Positions 28,680-38,975 of a stretch of 64,000 nt of DNA are shown here, piece after piece (position 1 is the first letter of the stretch; every line of letters starts with the position of its first letter). The DNA comes from Candidatus Fermentibacteraceae bacterium (GTDB taxonomy: Bacteria > Fermentibacterota > Fermentibacteria > Fermentibacterales > JCC-6): the NCBI GenBank assembly GCA_041750285.1, contig JBGSZS010000007.1, positions 207,700-271,699 of the forward strand, in the 5' to 3' direction. Under the pieces are notes generated by a model that was given only the letters and a program-made list of their open reading frames with translations, had not been told where the DNA came from and searched no databases. A program made the translations under genes and the position numbers.

Positions 28680-30050
28680 GTGGGTGCGGAACAGCTCAGG
28701 GATCTTCCCCCGGTACACCTGGTAATCCAGGGCCTTTCCGGTCATCCGCCTTCGGTGGCCCGTGAGGCCGCCCGTGAAGCGGTGGAAGAGGCCAGGAGGA
28801 ATGTTCTCGAGGGCAGGGCGTGCCCCTCGCTGGAAGATCTTGTCAGATCGGCGGGAGAGAAGGCCTCGGTTTTCAGTGCCTCATCCATGACATCCGTGAT
28901 AAACGCCACGGGTGTGGTGCTTCATACTGCGCTGGGCAGGGCATGCCTTCCCGCGGCCGCGGTCGAGAACATCACAAGGGTCGCCACCGGCTACGCCGTT
29001 CTTCAGTGGGACAGGCAGGCGGGACGCCGCGGCCACCGCGACAGTCATATCGAGGAACTTCTCAGAAGGATCACCGGCGCGCAGGCTGCAACCGTTGCGA
29101 ACAACAACGCCGGTGCAACGATGCTGGTGCTCTCCGCCCTCGCCAGGGGGAAGGAGGTCGTCGTCTCCCGGGGGCAGCTCGTGGAGATAGGCGGCGCTTT
29201 CCGTATTCCCGAAGTCATGGCACAGAGCGGTTGCGTGATGGTGGAGGTGGGGTGCACCAACCGGACCCATCTTCGTGACTACGAATCGGCCCTCTCCGAA
29301 AAAACAGGGGCCATTCTAAGGGTTCACCCCTCGAACTACAGGGTCAGGGGTTTCACCGGTGAGGTTCCCCTTCCGGACCTCGTGGAACTGGGCCGAAAGG
29401 CCTGTGTTCCAGTCATTGACGACCTGGGTGCGGGCAGCCTCGTTCCTCTTGAAAGATTCGGGCTGCCGTCCGAACCAACCGTCCAGCAGAGCATCAGGGA
29501 TGGCGCGTCCGTGGTGACCTGCTCCGGCGACAAACTCATCGGTGGTCCCCAGGCCGGCATCCTTCTGGGTGATAAAACCTGGATCGACATCATCAGGAAA
29601 CATCCACTTGCAAGGGCCCTGAGGGTATGCAAGCTGACGCTTGCCGGACTTGAGGCCAGTCTAAGGCTCTTTCTGGAGGACGAAGACTACCTGATCCGGC
29701 ATCACCCCGTCTATTCCATGTTCGCCGCGAAGCCCGCCGTGCTCCGCGAAAGATCCGAAGCCCTGGCCGCACTTCTCAAGGTCCCTCCTGCCTGCGGTGT
29801 CTCAGTCGAAGTGATGGGAAGCTTCATCGGAAGCGGTGCCCTGCCCGACACCGCGATCCAGTCCGTCGGGATATCGGTCGCATGTCCCTCACCGGACAGG
29901 CTGGCGCTGGCCCTTCGGAGCGGTTCCCCCGCCATCGCCGTGAGGGTGGAGGAGGGTTCGGTCAAGATCGACCTCAGAACGGTTTTTCCGGGCCAGGACG
30001 AAACTCTCGCAGAGAGGCTCGGAACCGAGATGGAGCTTCTGTGGGGGTGA
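28680..30050 (+). CDS. selA: L-seryl-tRNA(Sec) selenium transferase
   Basis: VINATGVVLHT.LGRA, NNNA.A, SRG.LVEIGG.FR.P, EVG.TNRT, VH.SNY, DLG.G, PLP lysine SGDKL.GGPQAG. Confidence 0.96.
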   Translation: MGAEQLRDLPPVHLVIQGLSGHPPSVAREAAREAVEEARRNVLEGRACPSLEDLVRSAGEKASVFSASSMTSVINATGVVLHTALGRACLPAAAVENITRVATGYAVLQWDRQAGRRGHRDSHIEELLRRITGAQAATVANNNAGATMLVLSALARGKEVVVSRGQLVEIGGAFRIPEVMAQSGCVMVEVGCTNRTHLRDYESALSEKTGAILRVHPSNYRVRGFTGEVPLPDLVELGRKACVPVIDDLGAGSLVPLERFGLPSEPTVQQSIRDGASVVTCSGDKLIGGPQAGILLGDKTWIDIIRKHPLARALRVCKLTLAGLEASLRLFLEDEDYLIRHHPVYSMFAAKPAVLRERSEALAALLKVPPACGVSVEVMGSFIGSGALPDTAIQSVGISVACPSPDRLALALRSGSPAIAVRVEEGSVKIDLRTVFPGQDETLAERLGTEMELLWG

Positions 30051-31927
30051 TAGTAGGCACAGCGGGTCATATCGACCACGGCAAGAGCAGCCTCATGATC
30101 GCCCTGACCGGAAGGGATCCCGACCGGCTGAAAGAGGAGAAACAGCGGGGGATCACGATCGAGCTTGGCTACGTCTTCCTTGAGGACACCGATGGCAGGA
30201 CCGTGAGCTTCATCGATGTCCCGGGGCATGAAAAGTTCATCAGGACGATGGTGGCGGGGGTATCCACGGTCGACTGTTTCCTCCTCGTCGTAAGCGCCGA
30301 CGAGGGGGTAATGCCCCAGACCCGTGAACACCTCGACATTCTCAGGCTTCTCGAGGTGAACCGGGGCATAGTTGCCCTTTCCAAGTGCGACCTGGTCGAC
30401 CACGACCTGCAGGACCTGGCCGAGGAGGAGGTTCGCGAAGCCCTCAGGGGAACCCCGGCGGAAGAAGCCCCCATTATCCGCGTTTCCGCGGTGACCGGTC
30501 TCGGCATGGCTGAACTGAAGACGGAGATATTCAGAATGGTCGGCGGGGTTTCTGCCCGAAGTTCCGAGGGGCGCTTCAGGCTTCCCGTGGACAGGGTCTT
30601 CAGCCTGAAGGGTTTTGGCACGGTGGTCTGCGGAACCGGGCTCTCAGGTACGGTCAAGGCCGGCGATACCGTTGAGGTGCAGCCCGGCGGCAGACAGTAC
30701 AGGGTCAGGGAACTCGGGGTGAACGATCACCGCAAGGCGCCTGTCGGCACCGCTGGTGACAGGATCGCCCTCAACCTGACCGGGCTGGACAAGGATGACG
30801 TCCAGAGGGGAGCCGTTCTTGGTGAACCGGGATGGCTCAGGTCATTGACCAGCCTCGATACCAGATGCACGGTCCTGCCCGGTGAGATCGACCTTCATCC
30901 CAGACAGAGGGTGAGGATTCACCTTGGCACGGCGGAAGTAATGGCACGGGCAATCCCGGTATCCGGGAAACCGATCCCGCGTGGCGGTGAGGGATTCGTC
31001 CATTTCCAGCTCGAACACCCCGTGGTCGCGGTGCCGGGAGACCGGTTCGTCTTCAGACGATATTCCCCGGTGCTCACCATGGGTGGCGGTGTGGTCCTGG
31101 ACACCGGGACCCCCAAGGTCAGGGCGAGATTCAGGGACGTGAGACTCACACACCTCGAGCTTCTGAACCGGGGCGACCTGGCCGATGTCCTGATGGAGGC
31201 CATGGAAGATTCTCCGGACGGCTCCCTGCTCCTGCCCGAGTTCATCTCGTCCTCCGGCAATGATCCGGGGGAGACCCAGCAGGCAGCCCTGAGGCTTTGC
31301 GATGAGGGAAGGGCGGCAAGGATCAGCGACGGAAAGAGCGAACGGCTTGTGCTTGCCCCTGTGGTGGAAGACATCAGGAACAAGGTTCAGGGTGCGGTCG
31401 AGACCGTTCACAGAAGCGTACCCATCGCACCCGGGATCGCTTCGGCAATGCTTGCCAGAAAGCTGCCCGCGGGAACCCCTCCATGGCTCATCAGGCATGT
31501 GCTTCTCGATCTCCTGGACGGCGGGGTTCTCTCAAGGAGGGGTGACTACATCGCTTCAGCCCGGCATCCGGTCGACCTGTCCGGAAAAGCCATGTCCGAG
31601 GCGGAAAGGATCACCGGGCTGATCGACGCGGCCGGGTTCGAGGGGGCGGCCCTTCCATTGCCGGGCGTTCGCAGAGAGGACATCGAAGCCCTCGCCGCGC
31701 GGGAGATGGTTATCAACCTCGATGCCGATCTCCTGACCACACCCAAGACCCTGCGCAGGGTACTGGAAAGGGCTGCCGACGTTTTCGGCACCGAAGGGTT
31801 CAGACTGGGTGAGTTCAGGGAAGCACTTGGGACAAGCAGGAAGTTCGCCCTGATGTGGGCCGAGCTTCTGGACAACCGGGGGTTCACCCGCAGGGAGGAA
31901 GAGGTCCGCAGGCTGTGCCGCCCCTGA
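30047..31927 (+). CDS. selB: Selenocysteine-specific elongation factor
   Basis: [38 protein letters not shown]-terminal winged helix SRKFA...E.LD...TRR. Confidence 0.95.
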   Translation: MIVGTAGHIDHGKSSLMIALTGRDPDRLKEEKQRGITIELGYVFLEDTDGRTVSFIDVPGHEKFIRTMVAGVSTVDCFLLVVSADEGVMPQTREHLDILRLLEVNRGIVALSKCDLVDHDLQDLAEEEVREALRGTPAEEAPIIRVSAVTGLGMAELKTEIFRMVGGVSARSSEGRFRLPVDRVFSLKGFGTVVCGTGLSGTVKAGDTVEVQPGGRQYRVRELGVNDHRKAPVGTAGDRIALNLTGLDKDDVQRGAVLGEPGWLRSLTSLDTRCTVLPGEIDLHPRQRVRIHLGTAEVMARAIPVSGKPIPRGGEGFVHFQLEHPVVAVPGDRFVFRRYSPVLTMGGGVVLDTGTPKVRARFRDVRLTHLELLNRGDLADVLMEAMEDSPDGSLLLPEFISSSGNDPGETQQAALRLCDEGRAARISDGKSERLVLAPVVEDIRNKVQGAVETVHRSVPIAPGIASAMLARKLPAGTPPWLIRHVLLDLLDGGVLSRRGDYIASARHPVDLSGKAMSEAERITGLIDAAGFEGAALPLPGVRREDIEALAAREMVINLDADLLTTPKTLRRVLERAADVFGTEGFRLGEFREALGTSRKFALMWAELLDNRGFTRREEEVRRLCRP

Positions 31928-32042
31928 CCCGGGCATCTTTTCACGCGCATTCCTTTACACCCTTTCGGGGGTTGGTTATTCTCTTCCCGATGTACGCCCC
32001 CTCACACGGGCGTGAAGGCATCTCCTTCCACATGGAGGAAAA

Positions 32043-33344
32043 ATGAAGATAGCTGTGGTCGGCAGTGGTTACGTGGGGCTTGTGGCGGCGGCGTGCCTTT
32101 CCGAGATGGGCAACACGGTCATATGCGCCGATAACGACAGGAAAAAGGTCGACGGGCTGCGTCAGGGGATAATGCCCATCTACGAACCCGGACTGGACAC
32201 CCTGGTGGAGCGGAACGTGAAGGAAGGCCGGCTCTCCTTCACCGACAACACCGCAGAGGCCGTTCTGAAGAGCAGGATCATTTTCATTGCAGTGGGAACG
32301 CCCCCGGACGAGGACGGCAGCGCCGACCTGCAGCACGTGCTTGCGGTGGCCGCCGAGGTGGGCCGCACCATGGACGGCCCCAGGATAGTCGTGAACAAGA
32401 GCACCGTACCGGTTGGCACGGCTGAACGCGTCCGCGACGAGATCATGAAGTACACGGTCCACCCTGTGAGCGTTGTGAGCAACCCCGAGTTCCTCAAGGA
32501 GGGTGACGCGATAGACGATTTCATGAAGCCCGACCGTGTTGTCATCGGTACTGATTCGCCGGAAACCGCCGAGGTCATGAGAGAGCTTTACCGTCCCTTC
32601 GTTCGCACCAACAACCCCATCTACATAATGAGCAACAGGTCGGCCGAGCTGACCAAGTACGTGGCCAACAGCCTTCTTGCAACGAAGATCAGCTTCATCA
32701 ACGAAATAGCCAACCTGTGCGACATCGTGGGCGCCGATGTACACGACATCCGCAGGGGTATCGGCAGCGATTCCAGGATTGGCCCCCATTTCATCTTCCC
32801 CGGGGTCGGCTACGGCGGGAGCTGCTTTCCCAAGGATGTGAAGGCCCTGAGATTCACCGCAACGGAGAACGGTTATCCCCTCAGGATCCTCGACGCGGTC
32901 ACCGAAGTGAACGAGCTTCAGAAAAAGGTGCTCGGCAGGAAGATCGTCCGGGAGTTCGGAAAAGATCTTTCCGGACTCGTCTTCGCCGTCTGGGGGCTTT
33001 CATTCAAGCCCAACACCGATGACATGCGCGATGCGCCCTCCCTCGTCCTGATAGACGATCTCCTTTCCATGGGGGCATCGGTGAGGGCTTACGATCCCGA
33101 AGCGATGGACTATGCCAGACGGTTGCTCGGCGACAGGATCACCTTCTGCACCACCAGTTACGATGCCCTTCAGGGCGCCGACGCCCTCGTGCTGGTCACC
33201 GAGTGGACGGAGTTCCGGGAGCCCGATTTCGACAGGATCGTCGAGCTCCTCCGCCGGAAGGTGATCTTTGATGGACGAAACATCTGGAACCCCTCCAAGC
33301 TGAAGGAACTTGGCTTCTCATACCACTGCATCGGAAGGGGCTGA
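32043..33344 (+). CDS. ugd: UDP-glucose 6-dehydrogenase
   Basis: GSGYVG, PIYEPGL, AVGTP, KSTVPVG, NPEFL.EG, G.GYGGSCFPKD, FKPNTDD.R. Confidence 0.93.
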   Translation: MKIAVVGSGYVGLVAAACLSEMGNTVICADNDRKKVDGLRQGIMPIYEPGLDTLVERNVKEGRLSFTDNTAEAVLKSRIIFIAVGTPPDEDGSADLQHVLAVAAEVGRTMDGPRIVVNKSTVPVGTAERVRDEIMKYTVHPVSVVSNPEFLKEGDAIDDFMKPDRVVIGTDSPETAEVMRELYRPFVRTNNPIYIMSNRSAELTKYVANSLLATKISFINEIANLCDIVGADVHDIRRGIGSDSRIGPHFIFPGVGYGGSCFPKDVKALRFTATENGYPLRILDAVTEVNELQKKVLGRKIVREFGKDLSGLVFAVWGLSFKPNTDDMRDAPSLVLIDDLLSMGASVRAYDPEAMDYARRLLGDRITFCTTSYDALQGADALVLVTEWTEFREPDFDRIVELLRRKVIFDGRNIWNPSKLKELGFSYHCIGRG

Positions 33345-33345
33345 C

Positions 33346-34665
33346 TTGAGCCGGTTCAGAGAGCGCCTTGCGGGGCGTGAAAAACCCGTTGTCGGTGTGA
33401 TAGGGCTTGGATATGTGGGCCTTCCGCTCGCCATGGAGTTTGCCCTCGGCGGCTGCAGGGTTCTCGGTGTGGACATCGATCCCGGGAAGCCAAGGCTTCT
33501 GGAACTCGGCCGCAGCTATCTCAAGCACATTTCAGACGAGCGGGTGAGGGATGCCGTACGGACCGGCCTTTTCACGACCACGACGGACTTCGGTGTGCTG
33601 GGCGAAGCCGACGCCATAATCATCGCTGTTCCCACCCCTCTGGGGCATCACCGTCAGCCCGACCTCAGCTACGTTCTCAACTCCTGCAGGGAGGCGGCTG
33701 CCGTCCTCTCGAGAGGACAGATCGTCATACTCGAATCCACGACGTATCCTGGAACCACCCGTGACGAGATGGTTCCCGTCCTCGAAACCAGCGGGCTCAA
33801 GGCGGGCCCCGACTTTCATGTGGCCTTTTCCCCGGAGAGGGAGGACCCGGGCAACCCCACCTACAGGACCCGGACCATCCCGAAACTGGTGGGCGGCCTT
33901 ACCCCTGACTGCACCGATGCCGCATGTTTCGTTTACTCATTCGCGATCGACACGGTCATCCCGGTGAGCTCCCCCGAAGTGGCGGAAATGGCCAAGATAA
34001 CCGAGAACACCTACCGGGCCGTAAACATCGCCCTGGTGAACGAACTCAAGCTGCTGGCCCACAGGATGGGCATCGACATATGGGAAGTGATAAGGGCCGC
34101 CTCCTCGAAGCCGTTCGGTTTCACCCCGTTCTATCCCGGCCCCGGCCTTGGCGGTCACTGTATTCCCATCGACCCGTTCTACCTGACCTGGAAGGCGAGG
34201 CAGTACGAGATGCCCACCAGGTTCATCGAACTTGCCGGGGAGATCAACACGTCAATGCCCGATTTCGTGGTTGAAAGGGTGGCCGAAGCCCTCAACAGCC
34301 ACAGGAAGCCCGTCAACGGAAGCCGGATACTCATACTCGGAATGGCCTACAAACCCGACATCGACGACTACCGCGAAACCCCCGCGCTGAAGGTGATGGA
34401 GAAGCTGATCGGCATGGGTGCATGTGTTGACTACAATGATCCCTACATTCCCCAGATCCCGGCCACGACAAGACAGACCCACAGGCAGCCCGTCGGTGTG
34501 GAGCTGTCCCCCGAAACCCTGGCGGACTATGATTGTGCAGTGGTGATCACCGGCCATTCCTGCTACGACTGGCAGTGGATCGTTGACAACAGCCGGCTGG
34601 TGGTCGACACCAGGAACGCCTGTGCCGGAGTGGCCAGGGGAATCGAAAGAGTATTCAAGGCGTGA
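33346..34665 (+). CDS. Nucleotide-sugar (UDP-GlcNAc-type) dehydrogenase, WbpA/WecC-like
   Basis: GLGYVGLP, ESTTYPGTT, FSPERED, EN.YR.VNIAL.NE, GPGLGGHCIP.DP, YKPD.DD.RE. Confidence 0.9.
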   Translation: MSRFRERLAGREKPVVGVIGLGYVGLPLAMEFALGGCRVLGVDIDPGKPRLLELGRSYLKHISDERVRDAVRTGLFTTTTDFGVLGEADAIIIAVPTPLGHHRQPDLSYVLNSCREAAAVLSRGQIVILESTTYPGTTRDEMVPVLETSGLKAGPDFHVAFSPEREDPGNPTYRTRTIPKLVGGLTPDCTDAACFVYSFAIDTVIPVSSPEVAEMAKITENTYRAVNIALVNELKLLAHRMGIDIWEVIRAASSKPFGFTPFYPGPGLGGHCIPIDPFYLTWKARQYEMPTRFIELAGEINTSMPDFVVERVAEALNSHRKPVNGSRILILGMAYKPDIDDYRETPALKVMEKLIGMGACVDYNDPYIPQIPATTRQTHRQPVGVELSPETLADYDCAVVITGHSCYDWQWIVDNSRLVVDTRNACAGVARGIERVFKA

Positions 34666-35078
34666 TCGCTCTTCTTTCATTGCTGCTCTGCGGCCAGGCT
34701 GCTCCTCCCGGGGACGGATACATCGTGCCCGGGGTGGACGCCGAGCGTGTCACCATGACGGTCAACGTGTGGGGCGAAGTGAGGGATCCGGGAGTCCACC
34801 AGATCCCATGGAACGCCGATCTCGTGGCTGCGCTCAGCGCGGCGGGCGGCCCCACGGGCCAGGCCGACCTCAGGGACGTCCGCATAGTGTACCGCGATTT
34901 TCAGAGCGAGTACGATCTCAGGGCGTACCTTGACGGCGAGGGCTCAACGGTGCCCTCCATGGAACCGGGCGTTACCGTCTACATCGGCCGGAGCGGGTAC
35001 GAGTGGTGGAAGGAAGTCGTGGACTTCGGATACAAGCTGATCGTGGCCGTTAACCTGATACTGGTGGTCACGCGGTGA
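34662..35078 (+). CDS. Short SLBB-domain protein (truncated Wza/OPX-like)
   Basis: Signal-like N-terminus, VNVWGEV..PG......ADL..ALS.AGG.T..AD, C-terminal amphipathic/TM helix; directly upstream of wzc. Confidence 0.75.
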   Translation: MIALLSLLLCGQAAPPGDGYIVPGVDAERVTMTVNVWGEVRDPGVHQIPWNADLVAALSAAGGPTGQADLRDVRIVYRDFQSEYDLRAYLDGEGSTVPSMEPGVTVYIGRSGYEWWKEVVDFGYKLIVAVNLILVVTR

Positions 35079-37270
35079 ACGATGCCGGTTTCGGCCCTTC
35101 CGGTCTCCCCCAGGAGGGCGAGGGGATAAACCTTCAGGAATACCTCTGGCTTATACGCAGGGGCAAGTGGATCATACTGGCGGGCGTGTTCCTGGGGCTT
35201 CTGACCGCGTTCTGGATCAATGCCCGTACGACACCCGTATACAGCTCGAGCGCCAGTTTCATCTACAACCTCGAGAACAAGATGTCCCGCACGCTGGACA
35301 TGCCCGGCGCTCTGTGGTTCGAGATGGAGGCTGTACGGAACAACCAGATCCACCTCATAAGAAGCCGCTCCATGGCCGAGATGGTTGCCGATTCCATCCT
35401 CAGGTCACCAGCTGCGGACAGCCTTGTAGTCGTGCTCTTCCACGGCAACGTCCCTCCTTCGCCATACATCAGGAACAGCCTTGCGGGGCTTGTCGCGGCA
35501 AGCATCTCCGTGAGCTGGGTGAAGGACACCGACTTCTTCAGCCTTTCAGCCGTGGGCTACAGCCCCGAAGCTTCCGCCGTGCTGGCGAACCTCACCGTAA
35601 GCGTCTACCGCCGGTGGAACCAGAGCGACGCCCAGGGCGAGAACCGTCAGGTCAGGGTGTTCCTCGAGTCCCAGCTGGACCAGATCTCCGAAGAACTGCA
35701 GACGGCCGAGGACGAGCTGCTCATGTTCAAGGAGAACAACCAGGTCGTGGACCTCACCACTGAAACCCGGAACCTGATCACCGCCGTTTCCACCTTCGAA
35801 TCCCAGGCCGCTGCGGCAGCAACCGAAGCATCCGCCGCCGCAGTCCGCCGCGACTACCTCAGGGGGCAGCTTGAAGAAAGGCGGGTCTTTCTCTCCTCCG
35901 ACCTCGAAACCGTCAGCAGCACCCTCATAAGCACCCTGCAGGACAACATCTCGAGGCTCGAGACCTCAAGGGCGGCCCTGCTTGCGCAGGGTGCGGACCC
36001 TGAATCCCCTGCGGTGCTCGAGATCCAGCGCAGCATTGCAGGCTACTCGGAAAGCCTTGCCGAAGCCATAGCAAGCGCCTCCGGGGTAAGCCATCCCGCC
36101 AACCCGGCCGGAGCGGTCGACAACATGATGACAGGCCTGGTCGAAGCCGAAGCCGGGTACCGTGCGGCAATGGCTCGCAGAAACGCCCTTGAAGCACGTA
36201 TAAGCTCCCTCGAATCGGGTCTGACCGGTCTTCCCGTCCTCGAGTACGAACTGGCCAGGCTCGAGCGCAACCGTACCGTTAGTGAGAACATCTTCATCCT
36301 CCTGAGAACCAAGTTCGAGGAGATACGCATCGCGGAGGTCGGACAGATCGGTAACGTCACGATCGTCGATACAGCTCTCCCCGGCGGGATGATTATTCCC
36401 ACCACCCGAAGAAACCTGATGATGGGTCTCATCGTGGGGCTGGCTGTGGGCGTGGGGATCGTCTTTCTCCTGCACCAGCTCGATGTGAGCATCCGCACCC
36501 CTGATCAGCTGGAGAAGCTTGGGATCCCGGTCATCGGAGTGATACCCAAGAACATCTCCGCACGGAAGGACGGCGTCAGCATAGTCCTTCTGGACAAACC
36601 GATCTCTCCCGATTCCGAAGCCTTCCGCGATCTTCGAACAAGCCTCGATTTCGTGAAGATAGGCGAGCGCGTCAGGAAGATCCTCGTCACGAGCTGTGGC
36701 CCCCAGGAGGGGAAATCCACGACCGCGGCGAACCTGGCCGTGGCCGAATCACGCACGGGCAGAAAGGTCCTTCTGATTGACTGTGACCTCCGCCGGCCAA
36801 TGCTTCACAGGGTCTTCGGCCTGTCCAAGGAACCGGGTTTCACCGAGCTCGTTGCGGGCAAGAGCACGATGGCGGAAGCCATCCACGAAACGATCGAGCC
36901 GAACCTGTTCCTCCTTCCCAGCGGAAGGGTGCCCCACAATCCCGCCGAACTCGTGGGTGCCGCGTCCAATTCAAGGTTCTTCGACACATTCCTTCCCGCG
37001 CATGACCTTGTGATCATCGATGCTCCACCTGTGGCAATGGTCACGGACGCCATGGTGATACTGCCCTCGGTCGACACCGCCATTGTCGTGGCGAAAGCCG
37101 GTGAGGTGAACATCAAGGTCCTGGAGGCGGTGTGGCAGAAACTGGAGAGAACGGGCTGCCATGTCGCCGGTGCGGTGCTCAACGGATTCGAGCCGGGGAG
37201 GAACTACTCGGGCGTCAACTACTACACCTACAGGTACAGCTACTCATACCGCAGAGACTACGATACCTGA
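35075..37270 (+). CDS. wzc: Polysaccharide co-polymerase/tyrosine autokinase (Wzc)
   Basis: Two TM helices around a coiled-coil periplasmic domain, EAFR.LRT, Walker A GPQEGKST, LIDCDLRRP, IIDAPP, C-terminal Tyr cluster. Confidence 0.92.
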   Translation: MNDAGFGPSGLPQEGEGINLQEYLWLIRRGKWIILAGVFLGLLTAFWINARTTPVYSSSASFIYNLENKMSRTLDMPGALWFEMEAVRNNQIHLIRSRSMAEMVADSILRSPAADSLVVVLFHGNVPPSPYIRNSLAGLVAASISVSWVKDTDFFSLSAVGYSPEASAVLANLTVSVYRRWNQSDAQGENRQVRVFLESQLDQISEELQTAEDELLMFKENNQVVDLTTETRNLITAVSTFESQAAAAATEASAAAVRRDYLRGQLEERRVFLSSDLETVSSTLISTLQDNISRLETSRAALLAQGADPESPAVLEIQRSIAGYSESLAEAIASASGVSHPANPAGAVDNMMTGLVEAEAGYRAAMARRNALEARISSLESGLTGLPVLEYELARLERNRTVSENIFILLRTKFEEIRIAEVGQIGNVTIVDTALPGGMIIPTTRRNLMMGLIVGLAVGVGIVFLLHQLDVSIRTPDQLEKLGIPVIGVIPKNISARKDGVSIVLLDKPISPDSEAFRDLRTSLDFVKIGERVRKILVTSCGPQEGKSTTAANLAVAESRTGRKVLLIDCDLRRPMLHRVFGLSKEPGFTELVAGKSTMAEAIHETIEPNLFLLPSGRVPHNPAELVGAASNSRFFDTFLPAHDLVIIDAPPVAMVTDAMVILPSVDTAIVVAKAGEVNIKVLEAVWQKLERTGCHVAGAVLNGFEPGRNYSGVNYYTYRYSYSYRRDYDT

Positions 37271-37342
37271 TCCATTGAATCCCAGCCCCCGACCACTCAG
37301 GAAACCACAATCCGGTGGCATTTCCATGCCTTCCCATACCAA

Positions 37343-37396
37343 ATGGGATGATGTGGGGTAAAGTGGGTTGACAGTGGGGCAAAGTGGGGTAATGAT
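37343..37396 (+). promoter_or_regulatory. MraZ-binding direct repeats and dcw promoter
   Basis: (A/G)TGGG boxes at 37343, 37353, 37363, 37374 and 37384 (10-11 bp period); TTGACA at 37368-37373. Confidence 0.85.
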
Positions 37397-37416
37397 TCCG
37401 CCATAGAGGAGGGGCC

Positions 37417-37857
37417 ATGGCGGAATTCATAGGCACGCACATTCACACTCTGGATGACAAGGGGAGGGTCAGCGTGCCCGCCCAGTTCCGCCGGATGCTC
37501 ACGGGCGAAGACCTCTACCTCAACAGGGAACTGGACGACTGCCTCGTGCTCTACCAGGCAGAGAAGTGGGAGCGGATCCGGTCCGGCTTCGAGGAAAAAC
37601 TGTCCCGCAGCAACAGACAGCACCGCCGGTTCCTGCGCTGGGTGGGCGCAAAGCTCAGGCCGGTCACTGTTGACTCCCAGGGCAGGATAGCCATTCCCCA
37701 AGACATGCAGGAAGCTGCCGGCATCACCGGCGAGGTAATGTTTCTGGGTCAGTTCGACCGCATCGAACTGTGGGATCCGAAGAAGTACGAAGCCTACATG
37801 CGGACCGAAGAAGAGTCCTTCGAAGACATCGCCGAGACACTGGACATCGACCTGTAG
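37417..37857 (+). CDS. mraZ: Transcriptional regulator MraZ
   Basis: FIG...HTLDDKGR..VP..FR, VDSQGRI.IP, G..DRIE.W. Confidence 0.96.
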   Translation: MAEFIGTHIHTLDDKGRVSVPAQFRRMLTGEDLYLNRELDDCLVLYQAEKWERIRSGFEEKLSRSNRQHRRFLRWVGAKLRPVTVDSQGRIAIPQDMQEAAGITGEVMFLGQFDRIELWDPKKYEAYMRTEEESFEDIAETLDIDL

Positions 37858-37866
37858 GGGGGCGTC

Positions 37867-38709
37867 TTGAGCGGACACGTTCCAATCATGGTGCAGAAGG
37901 TCACGGGATTCTTCCAGGGAGCTCCGGACGGGACCATCGTTGACGGAACCGCCGGCGGAGGCGGGCACCTTGAGGCACTCAGGATGTGCTGCCCCGAAAG
38001 GCGGCTTGTAGCGATGGAGAGGGATCCTGTCTTCTCTGCGGCCCTTGAGCTGAGGTTCCGTGACGATCCCATGGTCACCGTCCACAACCGGAGCTATGCC
38101 GAGATACAGACCGTCCTGACAGAACCGGCCGCCGGAGCCCTTTTCGACCTCGGACTGAGTTCGCTTCAACTCGACGATCCGTCACGGGGGTTTTCCCACC
38201 GCCTGGACGGCCCGCTTGACATGAGGTTCGACACCAGCCGCGGAGAGCCCATGCACGAGAGGCTCAGGTCGATGGGTGAAGCCGAGATCGCCGACATCAT
38301 CTACCGGTACGGCCAGGAGGGTCGCAGCCGCAGGATCGCCCGGGAGATACGAAGCGCGATGCCGGTGCGCACAACGCTCGAGCTGCGGGCGGCCGTGATG
38401 AAGGCGGTCGGGGGCAACCCGGTCAAACCCCTTTCCAGGGTGTTCCAGGCATTCCGGATATTCGTGAACGACGAGCTCGTGCAGCTCGACCGGCTGCTTG
38501 CCGGGCTTCACCTGTGGCTTGCGCCGCTGGGCAGGGTCGCCTTCATCACATTCCACTCGATGGAGGACAGGATGGTGAAACTCCTGTTCCGTGACTCCCC
38601 GCATTTTCTCTGCACCGATCCACCCTGGCAGCTCCCATCTCCCGAAGAGCTGAGGGAAAACCCCAGGGCAAGGTCCGCCAGGCTCCGCACCGCAGTGAGG
38701 GCGTCATGA
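37867..38709 (+). CDS. rsmH: 16S rRNA m4C1402 methyltransferase
   Basis: H.P.M, DGT.GGGGH, DLGLSS.QLD...RGFS, PLDMR, FQA.RI.VN.EL, FHS.EDR, NPRARSA.LR. Confidence 0.96.
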   Translation: MSGHVPIMVQKVTGFFQGAPDGTIVDGTAGGGGHLEALRMCCPERRLVAMERDPVFSAALELRFRDDPMVTVHNRSYAEIQTVLTEPAAGALFDLGLSSLQLDDPSRGFSHRLDGPLDMRFDTSRGEPMHERLRSMGEAEIADIIYRYGQEGRSRRIAREIRSAMPVRTTLELRAAVMKAVGGNPVKPLSRVFQAFRIFVNDELVQLDRLLAGLHLWLAPLGRVAFITFHSMEDRMVKLLFRDSPHFLCTDPPWQLPSPEELRENPRARSARLRTAVRAS

Positions 38710-38975
38710 GCTTCAGGACGACGATCCTGCTCATGCTGCTGGCGGCCCTGCTTTTCAATGCGGTCATCCAGATGGGCATGAAGAACTACAGGCTGGCAAT
38801 GCTTGTTGAGCTTCACAGGATGGAGCAGGAACTCGACCGCCTGAACCGCAGGGTATCCGAGGCAGAAGGCGCCGTGGCAAGGCTTGAGAACCCCCAGCGG
38901 CTCAGGGAGATTGGCGCAGCCATGGGGCTGGTTCCCATGCCGCTTTCCGCCTTCACGTTGATGGAGGAAGAGTGA
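38706..38975 (+). CDS. ftsL: Cell division protein FtsL-like
   Basis: TM helix and coiled coil, L.NP.R...I....LG; position between rsmH and ftsI. Confidence 0.75.
   Translation: MSFRTTILLMLLAALLFNAVIQMGMKNYRLAMLVELHRMEQELDRLNRRVSEAEGAVARLENPQRLREIGAAMGLVPMPLSAFTLMEEE

Noticed and set aside
37340..37390. GTGGG repeats as a G-quadruplex or novel repeat
   Set aside because: They are fully explained as known MraZ-binding boxes.
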